A DNA stretch of 64,000 bases from the NCBI GenBank assembly GCA_039810485.1, contig JBDHXA010000002.1:8597-72596 (forward strand), in the 5' to 3' direction. The position numbers and the translations under genes are program-made. This document shows, piece by piece, positions 22,604 to 32,636 of the stretch; position 1 is the first letter of the stretch, and every line of letters begins with the position of its first letter. A model generated the notes under the pieces. That model was not told the DNA's origin. It was given only the letters and a program-made list of their open reading frames with translations, and did not search any database. This DNA comes from Chlorobiota bacterium (GTDB lineage: Bacteria > Bacteroidota > Ignavibacteria > Kapaibacteriales > UBA961).

Positions 22604-23548
22604 ATGGAAGAAAGTAAATATATTCCCATAAGACCTGCTTTTTTAGGTGTTCACATTTTTGAAGATGTGCCGCTTGACGAATTACGAAATTACATTGATT
22701 GGACGCCGTTTTTTTTGTCATGGGAATTGCGAGGCAAATATCCAGCTATCTTTGATGACGCGCAATGCGGAGATGCAGCACAGAAGCTGTTTGAAGACGC
22801 CAATCAGATTCTCAATAAAATTATAAACGAAAAACTATTGACATCAAAAGCCGTTTGCGGTTTTTTTTCTGCAAATAGCGTCAATCACGATGATATTGAA
22901 ATATATACAGATGATAAAAGAAATGAAGTTCTGATAACTCTTAATATGCTACGTCAACAAATTAAACGAGGGCAAAATCTTCCGAATCTTTGCTTGTCAG
23001 ATTTTATTGCACCAAAAGAAACAGGCATTTCTGACTATATTGGCGCATTTGTGGTTACAGCCGGTATAGGCACAATCGAATTATGCAAAAAATACGAAGA
23101 GTTGCATGATGATTATTCGGCAATACTAGTCAAAGCATTGGCAGATCGTCTTGCAGAAGCAGCCGCAGAGTGGCTGCATGAACAGGTTCGCAGAAAGCTT
23201 TGGGGATTTGCTTCGAATGAAATACTAACAAATGAAGAACGCATAGCCGAGCAATATCAAGGAATTCGACCGGCGCCAGGTTATCCTGCATGTCCAGACC
23301 ACACAGAAAAGAAAAAATTATTCGATTTGCTCGATGCTACAAACCACACAAATGTCATATTAACAGAAGGCTATGCAATGACGCCTGCTGCATCAGTAAG
23401 CGGATGGTACTTTGCTCATCCGAGTTCTCATTATTTTGGAGTTGGCAAAATAACTCGTGAGCAACTAGATGATTACGCACAAAGGAAAAGTTGGACAAAT
23501 GAAGAAGCGGAACACTGGCTTGCAGCAAATTTGGAATACAACAGCTAA
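22604..23548 (+). CDS. Stand-alone methionine synthase reactivation domain (AdoMet-binding, Met_synt_B12). It corresponds to roughly E. coli MetH residues 900-1227 only.
   Basis: Near-collinear match to the MetH C-terminus: RNYIDWTPFF, GKYP, DDIEIY, DYIGAFVVTAG, HDDYSAILVKALADRLAEA, QGIRPAPGYPACPDHTEK, ASVSGWYFAHP. Confidence 0.85.
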   Translation: MEESKYIPIRPAFLGVHIFEDVPLDELRNYIDWTPFFLSWELRGKYPAIFDDAQCGDAAQKLFEDANQILNKIINEKLLTSKAVCGFFSANSVNHDDIEIYTDDKRNEVLITLNMLRQQIKRGQNLPNLCLSDFIAPKETGISDYIGAFVVTAGIGTIELCKKYEELHDDYSAILVKALADRLAEAAAEWLHEQVRRKLWGFASNEILTNEERIAEQYQGIRPAPGYPACPDHTEKKKLFDLLDATNHTNVILTEGYAMTPAASVSGWYFAHPSSHYFGVGKITREQLDDYAQRKSWTNEEAEHWLAANLEYNS

Positions 23549-23710
23549 ATTGTTTTGCATATCAATTCCAATATTTTTATTGATTATCTGACTTGTAAAT
23601 CGCTGAGTATCACAGTAGAATGGCAAAGTCAAGAGTAAAGCGAAAAAATTCAATCATTCTGTTGCTAATAAGCAACATACATCAATAATTAATCATAAAG
23701 GAATAATTCA

Positions 23711-24055
23711 ATGGCAATATATATAACTTCCGATTGTATTAACTGCGGCGCTTGCGAGCCGGAATGCCCAAACACTGCTATTTATGAAGCAGGATCGCCT
23801 TGGCAGCTAAATGGTAAAGAATATGATGATTCAACTTCGCCTGGCGGATATAAACGAGATTTTTGGTCTGCTGAATACTATTACATAGTTCCGGACAAAT
23901 GCACAGAATGTAAAACTTACTATGACGAGCCGCAATGTGCGGCAGTTTGCCCTGTAGATTGTTGCTTGCCTGATCCTTTAAACGTTGAAACTGACGAACA
24001 GTTAATAGCAAAAGTAAAATATTTAGACAAAATTGAACCCGGGCGCAGACGTTAA
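23711..24055 (+). CDS. 2x[4Fe-4S] ferredoxin.
   Basis: CxxCxxCxxxCP (CINCGACEPECP) and a second cluster CTECKTY...CAAVCPVDC. Confidence 0.8.
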   Translation: MAIYITSDCINCGACEPECPNTAIYEAGSPWQLNGKEYDDSTSPGGYKRDFWSAEYYYIVPDKCTECKTYYDEPQCAAVCPVDCCLPDPLNVETDEQLIAKVKYLDKIEPGRRR

Positions 24056-24254
24056 TAAAAGGAGAATGGATATATTATATGCATTAGGAGCAGTAATTGT
24101 CAATAAATTGAAAGTAATTTTTTCGGACTTCGCTAATACTTTTATTGACGATTATTTTTTTACGCAATTTGGAACAACGACCTAATAAACCTGTAAAATA
24201 GATGAAGATTAATATCGTCACGCAAGTTATATTACATTTTATTATCAAATATAC

Positions 24255-25319
24255 ATGCCCTCGCAATTTTACCCTATTCGCATAAAAGACATTAGGTCTG
24301 AAACTGAAAACTCGGCTTCCATAATCTTCGACATACCTGCGGAACTTCAAGATACATTTCGCTATAAGTCCGGTCAATATATAACTTTAAAAGTGTCAAT
24401 TGACGGTAAAAGCTATAATCGAGCATATTCTCTTGGCAGCAGTCCCTTTGTAGATCAATATCCATTCGTTACTATTAAGAAAACAGAATATGGATTTGTA
24501 TCACGATATATCATAGAGAAGCTTAAAATCGGAGATACTGTCCATTTAATGCCGCCTCTAGGAAATTTTACCATAGAAACAAACTCAAACTCGCAACGAT
24601 TGATTATTATGTTTGGCGGTGGCAGCGGGATCATTCCCTTGTTTTCGCTTACAAAAACAATAATTTCTCAAGAACCTCGCAGCAACATAGTGCTATACTA
24701 TGCTAACCGTAACGATAAAAATGTTATTTACGAACTAGAACTGAAAAAATTAGCAGAGCAATCTGGAGCCAGATTTCGTATTGTTTATTTTTTTGAAACG
24801 CCAAGCGATCGAATTGATGCTCATACAGGCAACATTACTGTAGAATATATGCACAATTTGCTCGCTGAAATTTACAACAAGGATTCACATTCCGCACAAT
24901 TCTTCATTTGCGGACCTGCGCAAATGATGCAATTAATTGAAAATGTGCTTGCTTCGGAGGGTGTAGCCGGATCACAAATTCATCGTGAACAATTTGTAGC
25001 TCAACACGATCCTCCTGCCGAACTTGCTCCCGCTCCGCCGAAAGAGCGAGAAATATGCGTTTTTTTATACGGCAAAAAATATCAGATATCTGTTGCAACC
25101 GGCGCAACAATACTTGAAGCCGCTATAGATCAAAATCTGGATCCGCCTTATGCATGTCAAGTTGCAGCTTGTTGCACATGTCGTGCTAAACTGCTTACCG
25201 GCAATGTTCACATGGATAATAGAGAAGCATTAACAGACGAAGAGCTTGATGATGGATATATTCTAACATGTCAATCACATCCCATTAGTGATGATGTAGT
25301 CGTTGATTATGATCAATAA
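24255..25319 (+). CDS. FNR-type FAD/NAD(P)-binding oxidoreductase with C-terminal plant-type 2Fe-2S ferredoxin domain (PaaE/PaaK-like reductase).
   Basis: RxYS FAD motif (RYKSGQYITLKV), GGGSGIIP NAD(P) motif, C-terminal Cys cluster (CQVAACCTCRAKL...LTCQSHP). Confidence 0.75.
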   Translation: MPSQFYPIRIKDIRSETENSASIIFDIPAELQDTFRYKSGQYITLKVSIDGKSYNRAYSLGSSPFVDQYPFVTIKKTEYGFVSRYIIEKLKIGDTVHLMPPLGNFTIETNSNSQRLIIMFGGGSGIIPLFSLTKTIISQEPRSNIVLYYANRNDKNVIYELELKKLAEQSGARFRIVYFFETPSDRIDAHTGNITVEYMHNLLAEIYNKDSHSAQFFICGPAQMMQLIENVLASEGVAGSQIHREQFVAQHDPPAELAPAPPKEREICVFLYGKKYQISVATGATILEAAIDQNLDPPYACQVAACCTCRAKLLTGNVHMDNREALTDEELDDGYILTCQSHPISDDVVVDYDQ

Positions 25320-25365
25320 TTGACAGATGCTATTTTTTTCTATCAATCAATTTTATTTACGCCTA

Positions 25366-26562
25366 TTATTTATAGACGTAAATATTTCCCAAGATTGGAT
25401 CGCGCGCATGATGGTTGGTTATTTGATTAATAACCTCTTGAGAAAATACTACTCCTGCAGAAAGAAGCTTTAAGCCGGAATTTGCATATAAATCTCGAAA
25501 AAGCGTCATTCCTTGCTGCACATCTTTTAATTCAATTGTTGTTACTTTTGATGATCGCAAAGTGCCATCTTCATTGGCTCGATATTCTTCGTGCAGCAAT
25601 ACAACACGTGGATCGTATAGGTGATTCATGCCATTGAATAATGAATCAGAAGCACCTTTTGCTCCTTTTGGCAAAAATATTGATAACTCTTCATAGTCGA
25701 GAACAACTCGAAGAATGCGAGAGCCAAGAGGCAGTTGCCACGCCTTTTTTCCTTGTGGAAATCCTGATCCGTCAAAATTTTCATACAACGACTCCAACAA
25801 CACTCCTGCTTCTTTAAGCAATCTTGCTTTATTGAGTATTGCTGCCGCAGAGCTTGAAATTTGTTTAAGAGCCGAATGAACAACTTGTCCTTCTTGCATA
25901 ACGGGCTGTAATTGTAAGCTTTCTGGCAAAAGTAAACGTCCTAAATAGCAGAATTTTGAAGCTAAACCGATATTTTGCAAATCACTTTTTCCAAGATCAA
26001 TAAAATGCTTCGCAATCCACAGAGAAATGCTCTCAACGCGTTCAAACATTGTTATCAAAGTTGGAAATCTTGATTGCAATAAATCAGCGGCCAGATTAGC
26101 AATTTCAAGTAATTCTTCATCCTCAGATTCTTTCTGTGTTTTCTGATTTAGTATCTGACGCTGCAATGCCGCGGCACGCAATCCAACTTTCAATCTTGCA
26201 TTTAAATCGTCAATTGTAAAGGGTTTCCCAATAAAATCATCAGCTCCAGCTTTAAATGCCTGAGTGCGAATTTCCGGCGTGGAAGTTGGAGAAGCGGCAA
26301 CAACAATGCAGTAAATTGAAGACGTATGTGAATAGGTTTTTATAGAGCTGCATAGCTCTAAGCCAAATGTCGGCGTAATATTTGTATTTATGAGAACTAA
26401 ATCAATATGAGATTTATCAGCAATTTTCCAAGCATCGTTTCCGGTTTTTGTTTTATAAATGCGAGAATTAGGCGCGATCCGAAGAATGTATTTTTCAAAT
26501 GCATCCAACACTAATTGTTCGCTCTCTACAATCAGTATCTTTAACTCGTCTGTAATTTGCAT
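25366..26562 (-). CDS. Response regulator: N-terminal receiver domain plus a degenerate HD-GYP domain. The metal-ligand HD/HH residues are replaced, so it is probably non-catalytic.
   Basis: REC (ILIVESEQ...DLVLIN...K). The C-terminal domain is collinear with HD-GYP, but the HD position reads FCYLGRLL and HHERWDGSGYP reads LYENFDGSGFP. Start reassigned to the ATG at 26562 (MQITDELKILIVE) because upstream codons overlap motB. Confidence 0.65.
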   Translation of the reverse strand: MQITDELKILIVESEQLVLDAFEKYILRIAPNSRIYKTKTGNDAWKIADKSHIDLVLINTNITPTFGLELCSSIKTYSHTSSIYCIVVAASPTSTPEIRTQAFKAGADDFIGKPFTIDDLNARLKVGLRAAALQRQILNQKTQKESEDEELLEIANLAADLLQSRFPTLITMFERVESISLWIAKHFIDLGKSDLQNIGLASKFCYLGRLLLPESLQLQPVMQEGQVVHSALKQISSSAAAILNKARLLKEAGVLLESLYENFDGSGFPQGKKAWQLPLGSRILRVVLDYEELSIFLPKGAKGASDSLFNGMNHLYDPRVVLLHEEYRANEDGTLRSSKVTTIELKDVQQGMTLFRDLYANSGLKLLSAGVVFSQEVINQITNHHARDPILGNIYVYK

Positions 26563-26578
26563 ACAAATTAAAAAATAA

Positions 26579-27430
26579 TTATAACGGTCGTTGATTTCTA
26601 TATCGGACAAGTATGCTAACGCGACGATTGCTTGTATCGAAAGGATTGGAAGGAACTCGTAACTTGCGATCTGCATAACCGGTAACGCTAACGATTTGTC
26701 CTTCCCAAAGTTTGTCGCTTTGTTCTAAGATTCTGCGCACTGCATTAGCTCGCTCATTCGATAATTCCCAATTAGAATAATTCCGTCCCTTTCCATATGG
26801 TCTGCTGTCAGTATGACCTTCCACTTCTATAAAATTAGGCATTGTGCCTAATTCGAAAGCAAGTTTTTGTATTAAGTCAACTGCATCTTTTGTAGGGCGC
26901 GAGCTTCCCACCTGAAAAAACTCTGTTGAATCAGATTCCAGCATTTCAATACGCAATCCCTCTTCTGTCAATTCAATTTTTAAAGATGAAAGAAGTTTTT
27001 TGATTCCGGGCTTTTCCTCAACTTGCTCTTTTAATATCTCATCAATTTTACTTCGCAATTCCTCCATGTTAGTGCTGTCTTTTGCAAATTCTATTTTTAT
27101 TTTCGCCGAATCAGATACGCTCACTTCTATATCGGATTTTGCTCCCGGATTATTTCCTTCGCCGCGCGGAGGCAAAGGGGTAAATTTCATGTCTATCGGG
27201 ACTCCTTTGCCAGTTGTAAAGCTAAAGACACCCGGTTCTTTAAAGAATTGCGCTATTCCCTTTTTTGTAGCATCGCTCAGACCAAGTATCCACATAACCA
27301 AAAAAAACGCCATCATGGCAGTTACGAAATCAGCATAAGCTACTTTCCATGCTCCTCCATGATGTCCTCCATGACCATGCTTTTTCTTTTTCTTTATAAT
27401 AATCGGCTGTTCTGGATTATGTTCCGACAT
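26579..27430 (-). CDS. motB: Flagellar motor stator protein MotB (OmpA-like peptidoglycan-binding C-terminus). No motA is adjacent.
   Basis: N-terminus KKKKHGHGGHHGGAWKVAYADFVTAMMAFFLVMWIL (MotB plug and TM region with conserved Asp). C-terminal OmpA-like NERANAVRRIL. Confidence 0.75.
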   Translation of the reverse strand: MSEHNPEQPIIIKKKKKHGHGGHHGGAWKVAYADFVTAMMAFFLVMWILGLSDATKKGIAQFFKEPGVFSFTTGKGVPIDMKFTPLPPRGEGNNPGAKSDIEVSVSDSAKIKIEFAKDSTNMEELRSKIDEILKEQVEEKPGIKKLLSSLKIELTEEGLRIEMLESDSTEFFQVGSSRPTKDAVDLIQKLAFELGTMPNFIEVEGHTDSRPYGKGRNYSNWELSNERANAVRRILEQSDKLWEGQIVSVTGYADRKLRVPSNPFDTSNRRVSILVRYRNQRPL

Positions 27431-27602
27431 AACTTCTCGATGTATGTTATTTAAATCAGATTATAATTCGCAAAATATCTACATTACCATTTAGCAATAC
27501 AAATCTACGATAATTGCTCGAAAATACTCGATACATTTATCTTCGCAATTCGTTAGTGACGAACATAAATAATAATATATGCTCCGTCAACTTGCATTTT
27601 GT

Positions 27603-28316
27603 TTAACAATGTTGATTTAGTAATGAAGAAATGACTGAGTGTATTTCCCTCGTAAGCGATTTTTCAACCAAGCGATCACAATTATCAGGCGGATTTAATT
27701 GCTTAGAAGCAAATAACGATACTATTCCCGTATTAAATTTCAATGCTTTTTTTGGCAATATTAAATGAGTTCCCATTATTGCAATCGGTGCAATCGGCTT
27801 GCCTGAGCGCAACGCTATAGAAACGGCTCCACGACGAAATTCTCCTAAAACGCCATTTTCTGATCGCGTGCCTTCAGGAAATATAATTACAGAACCGCCT
27901 TTGCGAATTGATTCTGCTGCTATTTCTATGCTTTCCATTGCATTGCGAGGATCTTCGCGCGTTATCGCAATAAATGGTGAAAGTCGAAGACACCACCCCA
28001 AAAAAGGTATTTTTTCTAATTCGCGTTTATACATAATATCCGCTTCACAAGGTAATGAAGCCAACAGAACCGGAATATCAAACAAACTTTGATGATTGCT
28101 TACGTAGACGCGAGAAACACCATCAGCATACTGTTCAAGCCCTTCTGTATGGATCTTAACTCCGCAAACAAACAGCAGTAGCCTTGACCAATTGCGAGCA
28201 AATTTATAAAATATCTTTTTTCCCATTATCAGCATTGCAAGCATTACAGCAGTTGCATAAACTATTGTAAGCAGCACAACGGCCGTTACTTGCAAAATAA
28301 ATAATAGTTTTCTCAT
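27603..28316 (-). CDS. plsC: 1-acyl-sn-glycerol-3-phosphate acyltransferase.
   Basis: N-terminal TM segment, HxxxxD motif (NHQSLFDIPVL) and FPEGTRS motif. Confidence 0.8.
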   Translation of the reverse strand: MRKLLFILQVTAVVLLTIVYATAVMLAMLIMGKKIFYKFARNWSRLLLFVCGVKIHTEGLEQYADGVSRVYVSNHQSLFDIPVLLASLPCEADIMYKRELEKIPFLGWCLRLSPFIAITREDPRNAMESIEIAAESIRKGGSVIIFPEGTRSENGVLGEFRRGAVSIALRSGKPIAPIAIMGTHLILPKKALKFNTGIVSLFASKQLNPPDNCDRLVEKSLTREIHSVISSLLNQHC

Positions 28317-28399
28317 TGTATAATGTCAGCCAAAAACATTCGCAAATTTATAAATATTTTCATATAAACTCGTGAAATGGTTTTATGTTGAGTTAAATA

Positions 28400-28437
28400 T
28401 AAAAATAAACAGCCCTATCCGATTGTGGGACGGGCTG
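28400..28437 (-). terminator. Putative rho-independent terminator downstream of gdh.
   Basis: Stem cagccc...gggctg preceded on the + strand by aaaaataaa (a U-run on the - strand). Confidence 0.4.
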
Positions 28438-28470
28438 TTAATGTTGTGATCGAAGAAAAGTGAGAATTTC

Positions 28471-29895
28471 TTATGGAAATATCCCAAGTTGTTGATAAGA
28501 AACAGCAATTTTATTAATTGCGCTCACAAAAGCTGCAGTTCGCATATCGGTTATTTTGGGATTGTTGCGCCAAATTGACATAATTTCGAGATACGAGGAA
28601 ATCATTGTGTCTTCAAGACCAGAATTAACCAAATCCTCTTCATCGGCTCCTCGAATAATTATGTTTCTTTCTTCAACGGTTAGAGATTTTCCTGTCATTT
28701 TCTCCACCATCGAAACAAGCTGCAAAGTGCTCCGCTCTTCAAAGCGCTTATCCATACGCCCAAAACGAACATGCGATATATTTTTAAGCCATTCAAAATA
28801 TGATACAACAACACCGCCTCCATTTAGGTACATATCAGGAATGATAAGTATTCCTTTTTGTAAAAGAATTTCTTCGGCGTTGGCGGTTACAGGACCATTT
28901 GCGCCTTCAGCAACAATTTTACATTTCAGGTTAGGAGCATTAAATTTATGAATCTGCGATTCTAAAGCACAAGGAGCGAGAATATCACATTCCCATTCAA
29001 GCATGGAGTTTCCGTCTTTTATTGTTTCGCCGCCGGCAAAGCCGACAATGCTTCCGGTTTGATTACGATGTTCTAAAAGTGCTTGAATATCAATTCCATT
29101 CGGATTGTGGACTGCTCCATCCCATTCAATAATCCCAATTATTACTCCGCCTCCTTCATTGAGAAATTTGGCTGCATGATAGCCGACATTGCCAAAACCT
29201 TGCACAATAATACGCTTGCCTTCAAGTCCCGGTGTCATGCCGAGTTTTTTCATCAATTCAAGATCATTCACAGCTTCACGAACGCCAAAAAACAGACCTC
29301 TGCCAGTTGCTTCGGTTCGACCACGAACTCCACCTTGTGGAATAGGTTTGCCAGTTACACAAGCTAACGCATCCATTTCCTTACCGGAAAAGGCGCGATA
29401 TGTATCAGCGATCCAAGCCATTTCTCGTGGTCCGCTGCCATAATCAGGCGCCGGCACATCCACTGACGGTCCAATAAAATTTTTGTGAATTAGTTCAACT
29501 GTGTAACGTCGTGTAATGCGTTCCAGCTCTTCAACAGTATAATTTTTAGGATTTATTTTAATTCCGCCTTTTCCGCCGCCAAAAGGCACATTTACTACTG
29601 CGCACTTATATGTCATAAGTGCTGCCAGAGCCATTACTTCGTCTTGATTTACCATGTCGCTGTAGCGGATGCCGCCCTTGCATGGCAATTTGTGATGGCT
29701 ATGCTCGCAACGAAAAGCAGAAATTACCTCGATTTCGCCTTTTATTCGAACAGGAAATTGCATATAATACACAGAATTACAAACACGGATTTGGTCAATC
29801 AGCCCTTTTGGATGATCAAGCAAAGCTGCAGCTTTGTCAAAGTTGATATTTACCGATTCAAAGAACGGCAGATTTTCAACAAATTGAGTGCTCAT
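28471..29895 (-). CDS. gdh: Glutamate dehydrogenase (Glu/Leu/Phe/Val dehydrogenase family).
   Basis: Catalytic Lys motif PFGGGKGGI, Rossmann GFGNVG. 474 aa. Confidence 0.9.
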   Translation of the reverse strand: MSTQFVENLPFFESVNINFDKAAALLDHPKGLIDQIRVCNSVYYMQFPVRIKGEIEVISAFRCEHSHHKLPCKGGIRYSDMVNQDEVMALAALMTYKCAVVNVPFGGGKGGIKINPKNYTVEELERITRRYTVELIHKNFIGPSVDVPAPDYGSGPREMAWIADTYRAFSGKEMDALACVTGKPIPQGGVRGRTEATGRGLFFGVREAVNDLELMKKLGMTPGLEGKRIIVQGFGNVGYHAAKFLNEGGGVIIGIIEWDGAVHNPNGIDIQALLEHRNQTGSIVGFAGGETIKDGNSMLEWECDILAPCALESQIHKFNAPNLKCKIVAEGANGPVTANAEEILLQKGILIIPDMYLNGGGVVVSYFEWLKNISHVRFGRMDKRFEERSTLQLVSMVEKMTGKSLTVEERNIIIRGADEEDLVNSGLEDTMISSYLEIMSIWRNNPKITDMRTAAFVSAINKIAVSYQQLGIFP

Positions 29896-29945
29896 TTTAT
29901 CACTTATATTAATTAATAAATTATGAATTAGTCAAGATTAATATA

Positions 29946-31079
29946 TTAAAGATTGCCACGTACTTCTTGCTCGCGTTCCAATGACTCGAAAAGCGCTTTA
30001 AAATTGCCTTTGCCGAATGATTTTGCCCCTTTTCTTTGAATAATTTCATAAAAGAGCGTTGGCCTATCTTGCACTGGTTTTGTAAATATCTGAAGCAAAT
30101 ATCCTTCTTCGTCGCGATCTATAAGAATATTTAAATCTTTAAGAGGCGATAAATCTTCTTCAATAGCGCCGACACGTTCTAAAACTGAATCATAGTACTC
30201 AGAAGGAACGCGAAGAAACTCTACACCTCGTTTGCGAAGCTCTGACACTGTCGAAACTATGTCTTTAGTTGCAACAGCAATATGCTGAACGCCCGGACCA
30301 TGATAAAATTCCAAATATTCATCAACTTGTGACTTACGTTTTCCTTTTGCCGGTTCGTTTATCGGGAATTTTATATATCCTGTTCCATTAGAAACTACTT
30401 TGCTCATTAATGCAGAATATTCTGTAGAAATATCATTGTCATCAAAAGTTAAAAGCAAAGAAAATCCCATCACATCTTCATAAAATTTCACCCATTCATC
30501 CATTTTGCCAAGCTCAACATTTCCAACACAGTGATCTACATACTCTAAGCCAATGGGAGAAACAATCATAGAACTTTCAGCCGCTTGATAGCCGGGCAAG
30601 AAAGCGCCTTTATAGTTTTTTCTTTCTACAAATGTGTGGATCGTATCGCCATACGTATGGATAGAAGCAATTTTAACTTCTCCAAATTCATCATGTAGAG
30701 TTTGTGGTGACGAAGCACTTTTTGCGCCTCGCTTTGTAGTTTCATTCCATGAATACTCAGCATCATCAACCCATAGCGCTAAAACTTTTACTCCGTCGCC
30801 GTGCATTCGTACATGTTCAGAGATCTGAGAGTTTGGATCGAATGGAGACGTAAGCACAAGGCGTATTTTTCCTTGTTGAAGCACATACGAAGTGCGGTCG
30901 CGTACTCCTGTTTCGAGACCTGCATATCCTATCAATTTGAAGCCAAATGCCGACTGATAATAATACGCGGCTTGTTTCGCATTACCGACATAAAACTCAA
31001 TATAATCAGTGCCGTTAATAGGCAAAAAATCTTGCGCTGCAACATGTCCTTCTTTGGCTAACTCCGATTTTGTTTGCAT
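29946..31079 (-). CDS. hppD: 4-hydroxyphenylpyruvate dioxygenase.
   Basis: Two VOC modules. The C-terminal signature FGKGNFKALFESLEREQ is diagnostic of HPPD. Confidence 0.9.
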   Translation of the reverse strand: MQTKSELAKEGHVAAQDFLPINGTDYIEFYVGNAKQAAYYYQSAFGFKLIGYAGLETGVRDRTSYVLQQGKIRLVLTSPFDPNSQISEHVRMHGDGVKVLALWVDDAEYSWNETTKRGAKSASSPQTLHDEFGEVKIASIHTYGDTIHTFVERKNYKGAFLPGYQAAESSMIVSPIGLEYVDHCVGNVELGKMDEWVKFYEDVMGFSLLLTFDDNDISTEYSALMSKVVSNGTGYIKFPINEPAKGKRKSQVDEYLEFYHGPGVQHIAVATKDIVSTVSELRKRGVEFLRVPSEYYDSVLERVGAIEEDLSPLKDLNILIDRDEEGYLLQIFTKPVQDRPTLFYEIIQRKGAKSFGKGNFKALFESLEREQEVRGNL

Positions 31080-31166
31080 GTTATATCCTTTTGTTTTAAA
31101 TACGTTAAATAATGATTATTAATATGTGTGCATATTCAATTTGCTCAGTTATTTATTATAATTATT

Positions 31167-32327
31167 TTATTGATTTATCTTTCTTATTGAGGGAATTTCT
31201 TCTGCTACTTCTTTCATTGCATTGCAAAAATTTGCATTACTTTTATCAGCGCCTGTGCTGACACGAATACAATGAGACAAAGAAAAACCTCCGGCGAGAG
31301 GCCGAGTAATAAATCCTTTTTTCAATAATGCGAGAAACACCGACTGAGCTGTTTCTTGCGTATTGCAATCAAGCATGATAAAATTACCAGCGGTCTCTGG
31401 ACTATAAACTCCAATTTCTTGCAACATATATTGATAAAGTTTCAAACCACGTGCATTCAATTCAAGCGTTCTCTTTAAAAATTCTTTGTCTTGTAACGCT
31501 GCAATTGCCGCTGTTTGACCTGCTATATTCGGCTCAAATGGCAATTTTGCTTTAATCATTGAAGCAATCACATTTTTATCGCCTATTCCATATCCAACAC
31601 GAAGCCCAGCAAGCCCGTAACATTTGGAAAATGTTCGCAGTATCAGAACATTTGGCCGTCGCAATAACATGGCATCAGGATATTGCTCCGACAGATAAGC
31701 ACTATATTCAAAATATGCTTCATCGAGTATTACCAATGTTGTTTCAGGAACATTATCCAATATATAAATCAATTCATCACGACGCAAATATGTGCCTGTT
31801 GGATTATTTACATTTGCAATGTAAAGGATTTTAGTTTTTGGAGTTACCGCATCAGTAAGCGCTTTAGCATCATATCTGTAATCTTTAGTTAGAGGCGTGT
31901 ATGTTGTTTTTGCTCCAGAAAGAGATGCTGCCACTTGAAAACCAATAAATGTCCCTTGTGAAGAAACAATCGTATCGCCGTTATCTATAAATGTTCGATG
32001 TGCAAGATGCAGAATTGCGTCGGAACCGCTATGACTTATAACATTCTCAACTCCTACGCTAAGATGCTCCGCCAAAGCTATTCGCAATCGCATTCCGCCA
32101 TCAGGATACAGCGAGAAGTCATTATCATGTAACGAACGAAGAGCATATGCTGCAAACGGAGATATTCCAAGCGGATTTTCATTGGAAGCGAGCTTGACTG
32201 CTTGTGTAATTCCATACAATCGTGCGATGTCTTCAGGTGTTTGTCCGGGTTTGTAGGGTATTAACTTATCAATGTTAGAAGTTGGCTTGATCATATTTCG
32301 TTTCATTGCTTGTATAACTAAGTGCAA
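31167..32327 (-). CDS. hisC: Histidinol-phosphate/aromatic aminotransferase (class II PLP aminotransferase, HisC family).
   Basis: LASNENPLG motif, PLP-Lys region (TFSKCYGLAGLRVGY). Sits adjacent to hppD and gdh. Confidence 0.8.
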   Translation of the reverse strand: MHLVIQAMKRNMIKPTSNIDKLIPYKPGQTPEDIARLYGITQAVKLASNENPLGISPFAAYALRSLHDNDFSLYPDGGMRLRIALAEHLSVGVENVISHSGSDAILHLAHRTFIDNGDTIVSSQGTFIGFQVAASLSGAKTTYTPLTKDYRYDAKALTDAVTPKTKILYIANVNNPTGTYLRRDELIYILDNVPETTLVILDEAYFEYSAYLSEQYPDAMLLRRPNVLILRTFSKCYGLAGLRVGYGIGDKNVIASMIKAKLPFEPNIAGQTAAIAALQDKEFLKRTLELNARGLKLYQYMLQEIGVYSPETAGNFIMLDCNTQETAQSVFLALLKKGFITRPLAGGFSLSHCIRVSTGADKSNANFCNAMKEVAEEIPSIRKINQ

Positions 32328-32636
32328 AACTACGAAAAGACCTTGAACTTTGCCCTATTCGCTGTCGTTCTTAAGTAGTCATCAAAAACAGTTCTTTTCA
32401 CAGTGCATCTAGAGAAAATTGAGCTATCTTCAATATGTCTTTAATCTGTATGATAATGCAAGGGCATTTCTTTAATATTAGAAGCAACAATATAATTATT
32501 TGCAAGGCGGCTGCTAAATGAAAATATATATTATAATTGCATTATATTCATAATTTACTATTATATTTTATATGTTGAAAACTGTAATAAAGAGCAAACT
32601 ATGATCTATAATAACAAGAATTATTAATATAAAATA

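Noticed and set aside
25366-26676. Calling the HD-GYP protein an active c-di-GMP phosphodiesterase with start at 26676
   Set aside because: The metal-binding HD and HH residues are substituted on alignment to the HD-GYP consensus. In addition, the first 38 codons overlap the motB 3' end and precede a much better start (MQITDELKILIVE).
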